In this document: one piece after another, positions 47,806 to 57,963 of the stretch
Position numbering within the stretch: position 1 is the first letter of the stretch
Layout of the letters: every line of letters starts with the position of its first letter
Sequence record: NC_042136.1
Direction: 5' to 3' (one strand)
DNA length: 64,000 nucleotides
Program-made: the position numbers and the translations under genes
Notes under the pieces: generated by a model
What the model saw: the letters and a program-made list of their open reading frames with translations, nothing else
Told to the model about the DNA's origin: nothing
Databases searched by the model: none

Positions 47806-48261
47806 ATGAAAACTTCTTTAGTAGAATCAATCCGCGGTCTTGTTGGTAAACGTAACCCGGAGGTGTTAGAAGGTGACTTTGATGTTGACCTAGACACGAT
47901 CCAGCAAAATGTCGATTACCCGGACCGCTTCACTGCTGAAGGCTTTTTAAACGGCGTCCGTATTCCGTTGGCTTGGAAACGCGTAAGTTTTACGAATGCA
48001 TTAGACTCGGTGAGCGAAGGTACTATCAGTCGAGACGATGCTGACCAAGAAGGTGTCTACTACGATGGTAAGATCATGCATCATTACCTTGCAGTAAAAC
48101 CGAATCATGGTTTGGATGACGTTAACCGACTCTTAGGTACGAATTTTACCGACGAGCAATTGCTCTACAGACCAGAACGCATGGAAGCACGTTGGGTGTT
48201 GAACCACCCTTGCTACTATGGACGTATTTTTATTCAAGTATTGCTCCCTAAAGCGAGCTAA
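47806..48261 (+). CDS. hypothetical protein, possibly a phiKZ-like virion surface family
   Basis: start moved to ATG 47806 (TAAGG RBS); LDDVNRLLGTNFT...YYGRI pattern. Confidence 0.55.
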   Translation: MKTSLVESIRGLVGKRNPEVLEGDFDVDLDTIQQNVDYPDRFTAEGFLNGVRIPLAWKRVSFTNALDSVSEGTISRDDADQEGVYYDGKIMHHYLAVKPNHGLDDVNRLLGTNFTDEQLLYRPERMEARWVLNHPCYYGRIFIQVLLPKAS

Positions 48262-48275
48262 GTATGTAAGGTTGT

Positions 48276-48803
48276 ATGACCATGAAACAAGAACAGATTT
48301 TTAATAAAGTAATCTCTGATTTTTCAGCAGGTGTGTTGGGTTTCCGTAATAACGATCGTGCTCGACGTTTGAACAACCTAGCCAACCACCTTAAGTCTGC
48401 GCGTTATAATCTAAAGAACCAAATTCAACCGATGGCGGGTGGTCAGTCACTGTCGGTGAGTAATTACATTGAACTGGAAATTAACTTACACGAATTTAAA
48501 AGCAGTTTGTGCAGTAAGTTAACTTTAGGTCAAGGTAATCAAGAACGTGAAATGCCAATCAGACTTCCTTTAACTGATGTGATTCGAGAAGATTATTTCC
48601 GTCATTTGTGTATCGAAGCTTATCGTTTGGCAAAACAAGAAGAAGAACGTTACTTTACCGGAGATGAGTTACATGAACGTTTCGTAGAAGAACTTCATAA
48701 ACAACTCCCACCGGGAACAAAAATCGGGGTAAGTGGTGCTATCTATTTCCCTCACACACCGAAAGCTTCATTCATCCTAAAAATCACTGATCTAGGAAAA
48801 TAA
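48276..48803 (+). CDS. hypothetical protein
   Basis: 175 aa in operon. Confidence 0.75.
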   Translation: MTMKQEQIFNKVISDFSAGVLGFRNNDRARRLNNLANHLKSARYNLKNQIQPMAGGQSLSVSNYIELEINLHEFKSSLCSKLTLGQGNQEREMPIRLPLTDVIREDYFRHLCIEAYRLAKQEEERYFTGDELHERFVEELHKQLPPGTKIGVSGAIYFPHTPKASFILKITDLGK

Positions 48804-48806
48804 GAT

Positions 48807-49268
48807 ATGAACATCGTATTTGATCCTGCTAAAAGCCGTGACACTACGGTTTATGAGCGTGGTCAATACTGGTGCCGAGTATCTAATGAGAACGGTAAAT
48901 TAGTAGGTGTCGTTGGTTCCTCTGGAAAGGGGAACCAACTTATTAAAGCTATTCCATTTGAAATATCTCGACCTGTCAGTAAAGACCAGCTTATTTCTAT
49001 CTATTACGAATGGTTGACTAACGTAAAGTGTTATGAGCGCCATAGTCATCGGTCTTACCAATTCGTTATAACCGCCCTCAAAGCGCTTCTAAGCGATCAT
49101 AAACAGAAAGTCTGGGATTTACCTTACCGTAAGCGTATCGCGTCTCTGATACTGCGTGACGGTCGTTACGTAGTAATTCGTGTCAAAGGTAACAAACCCA
49201 TTATTAAACTCACCCAATTTTGGCAACCGAAGCTGCTAGAACAAAGCTTATTCCCGGTCGCCTTATAA
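48807..49268 (+). CDS. hypothetical protein (basic)
   Basis: 153 aa in operon. Confidence 0.7.
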   Translation: MNIVFDPAKSRDTTVYERGQYWCRVSNENGKLVGVVGSSGKGNQLIKAIPFEISRPVSKDQLISIYYEWLTNVKCYERHSHRSYQFVITALKALLSDHKQKVWDLPYRKRIASLILRDGRYVVIRVKGNKPIIKLTQFWQPKLLEQSLFPVAL

Positions 49269-49287
49269 CTCATAAAAGGATTATTCC

Positions 49288-49791
49288 ATGTCAGACAAAA
49301 TTCTAAATCCAGTTGAACCTTTCGTTGGTCGTATGTTCTCATTACAAACGATGACGGAATCTTCCATCCGATCCCATTACGATGGACTACGTGTTCACCT
49401 CACTATCGAGATGAACGACGGTAACGAATCTCGTACCATTCGTCGTCACTATGCTCGTAAGTTCCTAGATCAATTCGCAGGTTATGAAAACTGGAATGAG
49501 TCTAACTTAACGCAAATCGCATTAGGCATCTTTATCTTAGATCCTAAAGGTCTTTACCAATTAACTCGTGCGCCTCGTGTTTGTATCTCTACGTTAGTGG
49601 ACGTCTATCGTAAAGACTTTGTTGTCAGTGGTTCGTTGTTCTTCACTAAGTTAGATTTTAACGAAGATGGTCTAACCGTAACCAGTCAACGTGATCCAGA
49701 ATTAACCTTCACCACACGTGGTATCAAAGAAGTGACCACTACTGCTTTCAAGCCGATCATGGATCTAGGTGCAGGTTTCACCCGAAAATAA
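49288..49791 (+). CDS. hypothetical protein
   Basis: 167 aa, AAGGA RBS. Confidence 0.75.
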   Translation: MSDKILNPVEPFVGRMFSLQTMTESSIRSHYDGLRVHLTIEMNDGNESRTIRRHYARKFLDQFAGYENWNESNLTQIALGIFILDPKGLYQLTRAPRVCISTLVDVYRKDFVVSGSLFFTKLDFNEDGLTVTSQRDPELTFTTRGIKEVTTTAFKPIMDLGAGFTRK

Positions 49792-49792
49792 C

Positions 49793-49845
49793 ATAACTAC
49801 CCCTCCCTTTGCGGGGAGGGGTAGTTATTACGCTTTTTATTTTTT
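49793..49845. terminator. terminator between convergent genes
   Basis: ATAACTACCCCTCCC-tttgcg-GGGAGGGGTAGTTAT, then TTTTTATTTTTT. Confidence 0.8.
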
Positions 49846-52609
49846 AGAACATATCCATAATAGCGTTGACGGTTTCTCCGTAACCACTAGGTAATGAGTG
49901 TTCGTCCCACAAACTAAACTCATCATCGAACAGATCTTCCATACCTGCAACCCCTACCAGTGTGACGTCCTCACCGTGTTGCACTGCCATGATCTCAGCA
50001 ACTTGTTGTTTAGACCACGACATGATGTCGATGTTACGGCTGGTGACGTTTTCTCGTCCTTGAGTGTCGAGCTCAAAGATATAAGCAAACGTTGGTGCGG
50101 TTTGTCCTTGACGGTGAACACGAGCGATGGTTTGTGTTAAGATGTAATCACGCCATGGTGCGTTCATACATAACACTTGGTTAGCCATCAACAACGGATA
50201 ACCGGTGGACAATGATTTGAACGTAGTCACTAACGGGTTCTTAGATTCACGTTCATCGAACTCTTTTACGAGCTTATCACGTTCATTGGTATTATCACCG
50301 TGAACAAAGATCGTATCGTAACCTTGTTTGGTTAAGTAGTCGTCACATTCATAGACTACGTCGATGTGGTCAGTAAAGATCAACGTTTTCTTCTCTACGT
50401 GATCGATGTACTTAGGAAGGTCCGCGTATTCCACTAATCCCTTAACAGCTTCTATACGAGCTTTACCTAGCACGTTACCTAACGCTTCCCCTTGGATTTT
50501 TAACCCAACGTACTTAACGATAGACTTGGCGTTACGGAAATGTTTGCGTTCTTTAGGTGGCATCCATTCTTCGATATCCAGTTCTATTTCTTTAGCGCGT
50601 TTAGATAACTCCGCATCCGTGAAGTTGTTGTAACCATCTTTACGGAACTTATTAACAATACGTAAATACTCATCAAGTTCATTTAGTGATTGTTGATCAT
50701 TACGTGCTGTGCAGTGTTTACGGTAGTCATCGATGATCTGGTTAAAGTAACCGACGTACTTATCCATGTTTTTGTTATAGTACGAATAACGATCTTGAAT
50801 GTAAGTGCGCATCTGGTTACGAACTGAGTCTAAGGTAAAGTGTTCCGCATGAGGGACTTTAACTTTAACTCGTTCGGCCTCAGGGGCATCCCCTAATCCA
50901 CTCAATACCGAGATGGTATATTTTTCTGCACCAATACGGTGAGCGAGCAATTGGTTCAGTTTGTCACGAGAACGTCCGTAACCGTCTAGGAAGGCTTTTC
51001 TAACATTACCCTTGAAGAAGTTATCGATTAAACAGAACACGGCGTAGGATTCTTTACCGAGGCCTTTAATCGGTGTCCCTGACATGGGTAATGTATCAGT
51101 GAAACCTAACGTCTCATTAAACTCGATGAGTTTCTTAGTACGTTTAGAGTTCGGATCGTTGAAGTTGTGACATTCATCGATGATCATTTTAAACGCAGGG
51201 TTACCACGGTTCCATTGTTCAATTTGACGAAGGTATTTCTCACACAACGGGTTCAACATGAAATCGTAATGGAAAAAGTAATATTCATCATCTTTTGACG
51301 GTGGACGATCCATTTTGGTAGTCCAATACTTCGGTGGGGTATGCCATACTTCGTGCTTGATGTTGTTAGACATATGGTTAGCCCAAACTTCATCAATGAC
51401 GTTCAGTGGTACAAAACCAACGGTCTTACCTTTCGGTAATGACTCAGACCACATCAGAGACAAACTGGTATTGTGAGTCACGATGTAATCATCGGTGATG
51501 TACAGGTGTTCTTCGTGATCCACCATGATGCATTGAGTTTGTTCTTGCGCAACCGGTTCGATGGAAACAATCTTAAGTCGATTAAAACCAAAGTGTGCTT
51601 CTACTAACCAACGGTCACCGGATGGGAAAATACGACACTGATGTCCAAGTCCTCGGGTGATGTCTACGATCAAACGAGCTAAACGTTCATCATTGAAATA
51701 ACCATGTGTTTGACCCGGCTCTAAAATACCGCGTACCCAAGAGTACAATTCATCATTAGTACACTTGTGGTGGAAATCTGGATCGTAATGAGTACCCCCT
51801 ACTCGTAACATCATCCCTTGGTTGTACCAGCTTGGAATGAGTTCTTGTGGGATAACATGATCGATCATAGGGATGTAATAATCGGTCTCTGTCAAGGTAT
51901 CCATTAACTCGTGGGTTTCTTTTACTGACCACTCTTGACCATCGTAGACCTTCCATAAGTGTTCAGGGTTACACTTGGTTTTACGACCATCACGGAAAGT
52001 AATTTCTACGACGTCGGTAATACCTTGAGGATAAACACCGGTTACGGTAGTATAACCACCATCAGGTGTTTCAATCACTTTACCTACTCGCATGTCCCCC
52101 ATGGTCTCCCAACCTCCGGGTACTTTAATCTTAGCAGACAGCGGTTGAGCTTTACCAGACCCTGCACGACCATCCAACAGCAATCCTTTAAGGTGATACG
52201 ACGCTTTACGAGATGGGTACGTTTCTAAAAAGCGTAACTGTGGTTCTAATGGTTTGAGTTTAACGCGCTTTTGCATGGCTTTAAAATCAAACGTAGAAGG
52301 TTTAGGAACGATGGTATCACGGATCCATGTTTCTTGTTGAATTAATTCTAATAACTTGGTGAGGTCACGACGATTAGTACGTGTGGTTTTTAACTGTAGT
52401 AACTTAGTTATTAGGTGATTAAGTTCCAAAAGGAAAAAAGACTTAACTTCAAACTTACGAGAATTGATACGGCTCAGCATGTACTTCGAGATCGTCGTCG
52501 TACCGTAAAGTCGGATTAAATCTTGTTCTAAGTGTCGCCAAGACACCCCACTTATTACGGCTCGGTTTTCTTCTACTTCTATTGCCGGACCGAATAATCC
52601 ACTAAACAT
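49844..52609 (-). CDS. SF2 (SNF2/DEAD-like) helicase interrupted by an intein
   Basis: Walker A GRAGSGK/T split by the intein; DECH, MSGTP, QTIARVHRQGQ. Confidence 0.88.
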   Translation of the reverse strand: MFSGLFGPAIEVEENRAVISGVSWRHLEQDLIRLYGTTTISKYMLSRINSRKFEVKSFFLLELNHLITKLLQLKTTRTNRRDLTKLLELIQQETWIRDTIVPKPSTFDFKAMQKRVKLKPLEPQLRFLETYPSRKASYHLKGLLLDGRAGSGKAQPLSAKIKVPGGWETMGDMRVGKVIETPDGGYTTVTGVYPQGITDVVEITFRDGRKTKCNPEHLWKVYDGQEWSVKETHELMDTLTETDYYIPMIDHVIPQELIPSWYNQGMMLRVGGTHYDPDFHHKCTNDELYSWVRGILEPGQTHGYFNDERLARLIVDITRGLGHQCRIFPSGDRWLVEAHFGFNRLKIVSIEPVAQEQTQCIMVDHEEHLYITDDYIVTHNTSLSLMWSESLPKGKTVGFVPLNVIDEVWANHMSNNIKHEVWHTPPKYWTTKMDRPPSKDDEYYFFHYDFMLNPLCEKYLRQIEQWNRGNPAFKMIIDECHNFNDPNSKRTKKLIEFNETLGFTDTLPMSGTPIKGLGKESYAVFCLIDNFFKGNVRKAFLDGYGRSRDKLNQLLAHRIGAEKYTISVLSGLGDAPEAERVKVKVPHAEHFTLDSVRNQMRTYIQDRYSYYNKNMDKYVGYFNQIIDDYRKHCTARNDQQSLNELDEYLRIVNKFRKDGYNNFTDAELSKRAKEIELDIEEWMPPKERKHFRNAKSIVKYVGLKIQGEALGNVLGKARIEAVKGLVEYADLPKYIDHVEKKTLIFTDHIDVVYECDDYLTKQGYDTIFVHGDNTNERDKLVKEFDERESKNPLVTTFKSLSTGYPLLMANQVLCMNAPWRDYILTQTIARVHRQGQTAPTFAYIFELDTQGRENVTSRNIDIMSWSKQQVAEIMAVQHGEDVTLVGVAGMEDLFDDEFSLWDEHSLPSGYGETVNAIMDMF
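51470..52150 (-). mobile_element. 227-aa class-3-type intein with a degenerate endonuclease linker
   Basis: begins AQPL after GSGK; block B KCNPEHLW, block F TQCI, ends IVTHN followed by T(+1). Confidence 0.88.
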
Positions 52610-52651
52610 ATAGACCTCTTATTAAACATTAAAAAGTGAAAGGAAATTAAA

Positions 52652-54010
52652 ATGACTAAGTCAGTAAAACCTAATCATGAACTTTGGAAAATCTTCGCTC
52701 ATATCGCTGAAGGTCTAGGTAACATGACTTTCTTTATCCGTGGTGAAGACGAAGAAGGTAACCCGGGTCTTTATCATACCGGTGTTGCGTTGGAAGACAT
52801 GCAAGTCACGATTACTCCTCACGAGTATCTCCCAATGACACGCATTCGTTTCGACCTTAATCTACCGGCTGACCTTACGGACTACCTGCAATCAGACGAA
52901 GCTAAGAACGATTACAACGCCGTTCAGCTTACCAACTACCTAACCACACGCGGTGATATCGAGTACGTGATCTACAACGAGATGATGGGCAGCATTCTGG
53001 AAGAGTTGAAAGGTTGCCGTCAAGCACTACTAGCACAAACCCAAGAAGCTCGTAATGGTGCCACTCAAATGGTGAACTATCTGGGCAACTTGGAAATGAA
53101 CACCATGGATCCTAAAGTAGCGAAGAAAGCAAACCGCTACTACCCGTTGGTGATCAACCGTACTCCTAACGTTTTGGTTCACACCCCATCTGATGAGTGG
53201 ATTGATGAACACTTTGGTGACATGACCTCAGGTGACATCACACGAGCGGAGTCTATCGTAACACGCAACGCTAAGCTCATCGGTAAACGTTTGGAGAACA
53301 TCGCTCACCTCATTAACGATTGGGGTAAAACAACAGAAATTCCTAAAGACCACGATTTATGGTTCTCTCTTAACATCGAAGATCATAAAATCTCTCTCGG
53401 TCTAGATCGTCAACCTTACCGCTCGGCAGAATCGTTTATGATTGAGCGTTCACCGGTGGATTACGATGAATGGGATGATGCAGCAGACATCGCTATTATT
53501 GATTTAGTGAATTCTGAAATCGATGAAATGAACATCATTGTGGCGAATTTGCTAAACCACAACACAGGCTACGTGTCACTGAACAAAGATATCGAGCAGA
53601 TGTACATTCGTGCGATTCACCATCCGATTGCTAAACATACAGTTCGTGTTTGGGAATTCGATGACGTGTGTCCAGCAGGTCGTAAGTTGATCGATGAAGA
53701 GATCTCTGAGATCATGCAATTGGTTGATGGTAAAGCGAAAGAACTCGAAGCGGATGTGAAACTGGATATTTCTAATATGTATCTTCATCAAGCTGCGGAA
53801 GGTCAAAACTTCATCCTCACTAAAGACCATCAAGTGGTGGCTGATCGTTGTCAGACTTATTCTGGTAGCTTCTTCGATTCACTTCAACAACATTTGTTTG
53901 ATGTGGAAACTCCATTGTTCGGTCCTTATACACACGTTACTCCAGCGGACCTAGCTAACGAAAAATTCATTAGTGAAGAAGATCTACTAAACCCACCGAC
54001 AGTACATTAA
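52652..54010 (+). CDS. hypothetical protein (acidic)
   Basis: 452 aa, AAGGA RBS, divergent from the helicase. Confidence 0.8.
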   Translation: MTKSVKPNHELWKIFAHIAEGLGNMTFFIRGEDEEGNPGLYHTGVALEDMQVTITPHEYLPMTRIRFDLNLPADLTDYLQSDEAKNDYNAVQLTNYLTTRGDIEYVIYNEMMGSILEELKGCRQALLAQTQEARNGATQMVNYLGNLEMNTMDPKVAKKANRYYPLVINRTPNVLVHTPSDEWIDEHFGDMTSGDITRAESIVTRNAKLIGKRLENIAHLINDWGKTTEIPKDHDLWFSLNIEDHKISLGLDRQPYRSAESFMIERSPVDYDEWDDAADIAIIDLVNSEIDEMNIIVANLLNHNTGYVSLNKDIEQMYIRAIHHPIAKHTVRVWEFDDVCPAGRKLIDEEISEIMQLVDGKAKELEADVKLDISNMYLHQAAEGQNFILTKDHQVVADRCQTYSGSFFDSLQQHLFDVETPLFGPYTHVTPADLANEKFISEEDLLNPPTVH

Positions 54011-54062
54011 TCGATTTTATGGGGTCGTAGACCTTACGACCTCCTAATCATAGGAGATAAAA

Positions 54063-54353
54063 ATGTCAGCGGTTTTAGAAGAAATTCAATCAGCGGGTAA
54101 AGTGAGTCGTGGTGAAACAGTCTTGCTTCGTGGTAAATTTAAAGGCTTAGCGCAACCAACTTTGGTTAAAGTTCGCTTTAACGGTGAGTCGGTTGATGCA
54201 GATGTTTACACAGACCAACAAGGTTACTTCGTGACTGAATTCCCAGCTAACGTGACTAAGGTCGGCATGTACCCTATTACCGTAGAACTAAAAGAGTCTA
54301 CGGAAGCGGGTACCGTAGTGACAGGCGAAACTGAAGTTCGCATCACTCGCTAA
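54063..54353 (+). CDS. small single Ig-like beta-sandwich protein (putative)
   Basis: 96 aa, all-beta pattern; TDQQGYF resembles the xD.NG.F turn of Ig-like repeats. Confidence 0.55.
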   Translation: MSAVLEEIQSAGKVSRGETVLLRGKFKGLAQPTLVKVRFNGESVDADVYTDQQGYFVTEFPANVTKVGMYPITVELKESTEAGTVVTGETEVRITR

Positions 54354-54362
54354 CATGAAGTG

Positions 54363-54408
54363 GTAACTGGTATCCTACGGGGTACCAGTTACTTCTTTAT
54401 TTTTTTTT
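54363..54408 (+). terminator. intrinsic terminator
   Basis: GTAACTGGTATCC-tacg-GGGTACCAGTTAC, then TTTATTTTTTTTT. Confidence 0.8.
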
Positions 54409-54431
54409 GCTTTTAGTAAATTTTTACAAAC

Positions 54432-54465
54432 CTATATTACTTATGTGTATGAGCGTCATACATAA
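54432..54465 (+). promoter_or_regulatory. putative early promoter with overlapping hairpin
   Basis: AAACCTATATTAC-TTAT-GTGTA; TGTATGA-gcg-TCATACA at 54446-54462. Confidence 0.75.
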
Positions 54466-54494
54466 ATTTTTTATTCAACAGAAGGACAAACATC

Positions 54495-55277
54495 ATGTCA
54501 GCACAAATTAAAAATATCATCACCGAAGGTCAACACTTTGCTAAAGGTGACTCCATCAATATTCTTTACACCGTCACCGGTGGTAAAGGATGCACCAACA
54601 CGGTTTATGTGGATGACGAGGTCATCTCAACAAGCGAGATCGTCGACCAATGTACCGAGTACAACTTTAGCATCGACGTTACTGGTAACCCGACCGTCTT
54701 TATTTACGTCAATAAAGGTGAGGAGACGATTGCTAAGAAAAGTTTGGGCTTTAAAGAAGTCGAGCCAAACATTATTAAGTCACAACAAATACTGGACATG
54801 GGTACACACTTAGAACGAGGTAATCATGTCCTCTCTATTCTAAGTAAGCTTGCCTTTGATTCAAACATTGAGACACCACTTTATCGAGGTGAACAACGTA
54901 AAGTGTTTGAATTCACCACTCCTCGTTGGACCCATGTGGTGGAGATCGATCATGTCGGTAGTGAACCTATGATGACGATCGTGATGTTAGGACATAAGGG
55001 TGAAGTCAACCGCGTTAAATCTCCTCTGCGAGGTTGGGGTGTGGTTCCTCTTAATTTCTTGCGTCAGGTTTGCACTCATTCCGGTCAGACCTTACTCATT
55101 GATTATACATCCGAACATGGATTAAAATCCATTCTTCGTATGAGTAAAGATCCCGTGTATGGTGAGCAAGTCAAAGACGCCATCATTTCTACTTGCACTA
55201 GCGTCGTTTTTGAACCTATCTCTAATGATAAGAAAATGACAAAATTTGATGAAAGATTCTGTAACTTGTACCGTTAA
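54495..55277 (+). CDS. hypothetical early protein, N-terminal beta-sandwich (array member)
   Basis: 260 aa, AAGGA RBS, first gene after the promoter motif. Confidence 0.75.
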   Translation: MSAQIKNIITEGQHFAKGDSINILYTVTGGKGCTNTVYVDDEVISTSEIVDQCTEYNFSIDVTGNPTVFIYVNKGEETIAKKSLGFKEVEPNIIKSQQILDMGTHLERGNHVLSILSKLAFDSNIETPLYRGEQRKVFEFTTPRWTHVVEIDHVGSEPMMTIVMLGHKGEVNRVKSPLRGWGVVPLNFLRQVCTHSGQTLLIDYTSEHGLKSILRMSKDPVYGEQVKDAIISTCTSVVFEPISNDKKMTKFDERFCNLYR

Positions 55278-55287
55278 GGAAAAGAAA

Positions 55288-56805
55288 ATGGATAAGCATA
55301 CTAAAGTATTTTTTGAACACTTGATTGGCTTTTGTGAAATGATGCAACACCATACTGGTCAAAACTCTGGGTTCATCGACCAAATGCGTAAGGTAGTGAC
55401 GGACTCACGTCTTCCTGAAGAGTTCCAATGTGTGGGTGATGTAAACCGTGTCGGTTACATTAACCAAGGGTTCAACCAAGGTGGTGTATTAGAGTGGGGT
55501 GAGAAAACCCTTCCTAGAGATAAAGAAGGTTGGGGTACCTTGATTTTTGATCGCGGCTCGGAAGGTTGGTCGTTAGATCAAGAACACGTGATGTTAGATT
55601 TGGGCTGGTGTGTTGCTCGTCGTCCTTATGGTCACAATGGTTGGTCTTTCGCCTTACCTAAGGAAGAGGGTAGTTACACCATTGGGCAAAAATGGTTGGA
55701 ACCTAACCCTAAACTACTAAACTACCTCAATCAACGCATAGCAGGTCTTCTAGGTATCCTGCCGGGGTTCTTTGAGGAAGACGCTAAGAACGAACATAAC
55801 ACTGCGGTTAAAGCGTTTAAGAACAGCCTAAACGGTATGTTAAAGACACTTAAAGATCGTGACCAACATCCGTTCATGATTCGAGGTAAAGTGGATGCTT
55901 GTTATGGTTGGTTTGATACGTTGTTCGATAGCGAACCTGAACACGCATCACCGCTCAATCGCGATGCGTACTTCCTAACGTTGTCTCGTGGTTGTTGGCG
56001 AGTGTATGTTTGCGTGAACCGTCCTATCAAAGTTTACCGTCGTGTGGGTTCAAAGTGGGAAGAGTTTAACTTTGAAGATATTCATGTATGTAAACGTAAG
56101 GTCATGGAAGATTTGATGTTGGTGCTGGACAACGGTATCGATCTTAAATCCACCGAAGTTCATCCTACAGTGACTGCACTGAAGGCAGTGAGCGGCATGC
56201 GTCCAGATTTTGGTCTGTTCCCTATTACGGATTTCACGGTCCGTGTTAGTGATCAAACCGGAACTTGTATTTCACGTGCTTATGAGATCTTCAGTAAAGG
56301 TGTCATGCCGTACCCTAGACTGTCGGAACTTAAAAAGGTCACTCGAGACTTAGGAACTCAATCTAACCTGAAAGGAAAGTCAGCTGCGAAACTATTCGAA
56401 GGTGCGGCACGGGTAAGTACTGAGCACGTGAAACTGTTTGCGGCTGATCACGGTCTGGAGTTTGAGATCAACGAACCTCATTTCGTGAGTGTCTATTTAC
56501 CTACTGGTGAACAAGTCTACTTGGATTTCAGTGCTAATGTTAGTAATGTTCCAGTGTTGGTTAGAATCCTAGAAACACTAGGCGGTTACAAGCTGAATAA
56601 CCTACACACATACGAAGGGGAATTAGCAGAGAAGCTCGTTAATTTGCGAGCTAACGAGGATGACCGTAACACTCGACTCATCCTTACTGACCTTACGGGA
56701 AGTGTAGACCACTTCCAAATCATGAACGTGCTGGAACGTTTATGTGATAAAGGCAACATCGTGGATAATCATCTTTATCACATTTTCTCCAACACTAATT
56801 ACTAA
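55288..56805 (+). CDS. hypothetical protein (array member)
   Basis: start moved to ATG 55288 (AAGGA RBS); HPTVTALKAVS matches HPVVSAIRGVS in the next ORF. Confidence 0.8.
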   Translation: MDKHTKVFFEHLIGFCEMMQHHTGQNSGFIDQMRKVVTDSRLPEEFQCVGDVNRVGYINQGFNQGGVLEWGEKTLPRDKEGWGTLIFDRGSEGWSLDQEHVMLDLGWCVARRPYGHNGWSFALPKEEGSYTIGQKWLEPNPKLLNYLNQRIAGLLGILPGFFEEDAKNEHNTAVKAFKNSLNGMLKTLKDRDQHPFMIRGKVDACYGWFDTLFDSEPEHASPLNRDAYFLTLSRGCWRVYVCVNRPIKVYRRVGSKWEEFNFEDIHVCKRKVMEDLMLVLDNGIDLKSTEVHPTVTALKAVSGMRPDFGLFPITDFTVRVSDQTGTCISRAYEIFSKGVMPYPRLSELKKVTRDLGTQSNLKGKSAAKLFEGAARVSTEHVKLFAADHGLEFEINEPHFVSVYLPTGEQVYLDFSANVSNVPVLVRILETLGGYKLNNLHTYEGELAEKLVNLRANEDDRNTRLILTDLTGSVDHFQIMNVLERLCDKGNIVDNHLYHIFSNTNY

Positions 56806-56812
56806 CCAACTT

Positions 56813-56840
56813 AGGGTGGCTTCGGTCACCCTCTTTATTT
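56813..56840 (+). terminator. UUCG-tetraloop hairpin
   Basis: AGGGTGGC-ttcg-GTCACCCT, then CTTTATTT. Confidence 0.7.
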
Positions 56841-56862
56841 AACCTTTTTTAGAGATTTAATT

Positions 56863-57963
56863 ATGAAAAACTTTCACGTAGATGTGGATTACACAGAACA
56901 CGGTTTCAAAATACCTAACGCGGTAGATTTCTATGCAGACCGTTGTTGGTTCGGTAAACGTCTTTCTATCACAGTCCACGATATGCAGATGGATATGGAA
57001 GACGAAGAAAATGGTTGTGCGGGACCAGATACTGGTGTGACGATTTACGATGAGATCTTAGAATCAGAAATCGTCACGGCTAACATCCTCCCTCAACATC
57101 TCCGTAAGATGAAAGGTGATTACTATGTCAAAGCTCGTCTTTACAATCAAGACGATCAGTTAGTCGATGCAGAGTCCCCTATTCACATTATCCGTTCTAC
57201 CGAATTGGACATAGCGGGTATTACGGAAGAACGTAAACTCAAATCGCTGCGTCGCTTGTCCACCATGATAGGACCATTAGATCTTCTTATGGGGTCAGGT
57301 AGTTACAAAGTCATGGAGACTTACATTGCAGGATGTTTCTTACAAATCGAATGCACGGGAGGAGTGTGTTCGGCGATACTTCGTGATGAATTAGATATGG
57401 TGGTCACTACGATCAGATCAGTAACGATGAATGACTTAATCGCTAAGATTATGATTTCTGAAGATTTTGGACGTGTGTTGGATTCCGGTAAGTTGTTTGA
57501 GCGTTTCATGGATCCGGTTAAGTTTACGAAAGATGAAACCATTGCCACGCGACTACGTTTGAAAGACGATTTCATTTTCCGTAATGTGGATAACGTGTAC
57601 AACGGTAAGCCGGTCAAAATGAATCGTAAACCTCATCCGGTGGTGAGTGCCATCCGTGGTGTATCTCGACCTAAGGTAAAACCTACAGTCAATGTTAGTG
57701 TGGAAAAACCGCTCACTAAAGAACTCTTCACAACGTTCTACAAGAAGTTCTTAGATGAAAATCCGTGTGATATCCAAACCAAAACCGGTCGTGGTTTCTT
57801 GAGTTGTATGTTTGGTACTGAGTTCCGCAAGCTATTACGTTCTCTAAACAAACCTGAATCGATCACGGGAGAACGTTACGGTTTGTATTTCCAGTACGAT
57901 GGTAAAACATGGACCGTGACACCTGACGAAAAGACTAAGGAGTTCCTCGGTTATGAGTTGTAA
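56863..57963 (+). CDS. hypothetical protein, N-terminal beta-sandwich (array member)
   Basis: 366 aa. Confidence 0.8.
   Translation: MKNFHVDVDYTEHGFKIPNAVDFYADRCWFGKRLSITVHDMQMDMEDEENGCAGPDTGVTIYDEILESEIVTANILPQHLRKMKGDYYVKARLYNQDDQLVDAESPIHIIRSTELDIAGITEERKLKSLRRLSTMIGPLDLLMGSGSYKVMETYIAGCFLQIECTGGVCSAILRDELDMVVTTIRSVTMNDLIAKIMISEDFGRVLDSGKLFERFMDPVKFTKDETIATRLRLKDDFIFRNVDNVYNGKPVKMNRKPHPVVSAIRGVSRPKVKPTVNVSVEKPLTKELFTTFYKKFLDENPCDIQTKTGRGFLSCMFGTEFRKLLRSLNKPESITGERYGLYFQYDGKTWTVTPDEKTKEFLGYEL

Noticed and set aside
51640-51900. Active homing endonuclease in the intein
   Set aside because: Linker is only ~90 aa and lacks intact LAGLIDADG motifs
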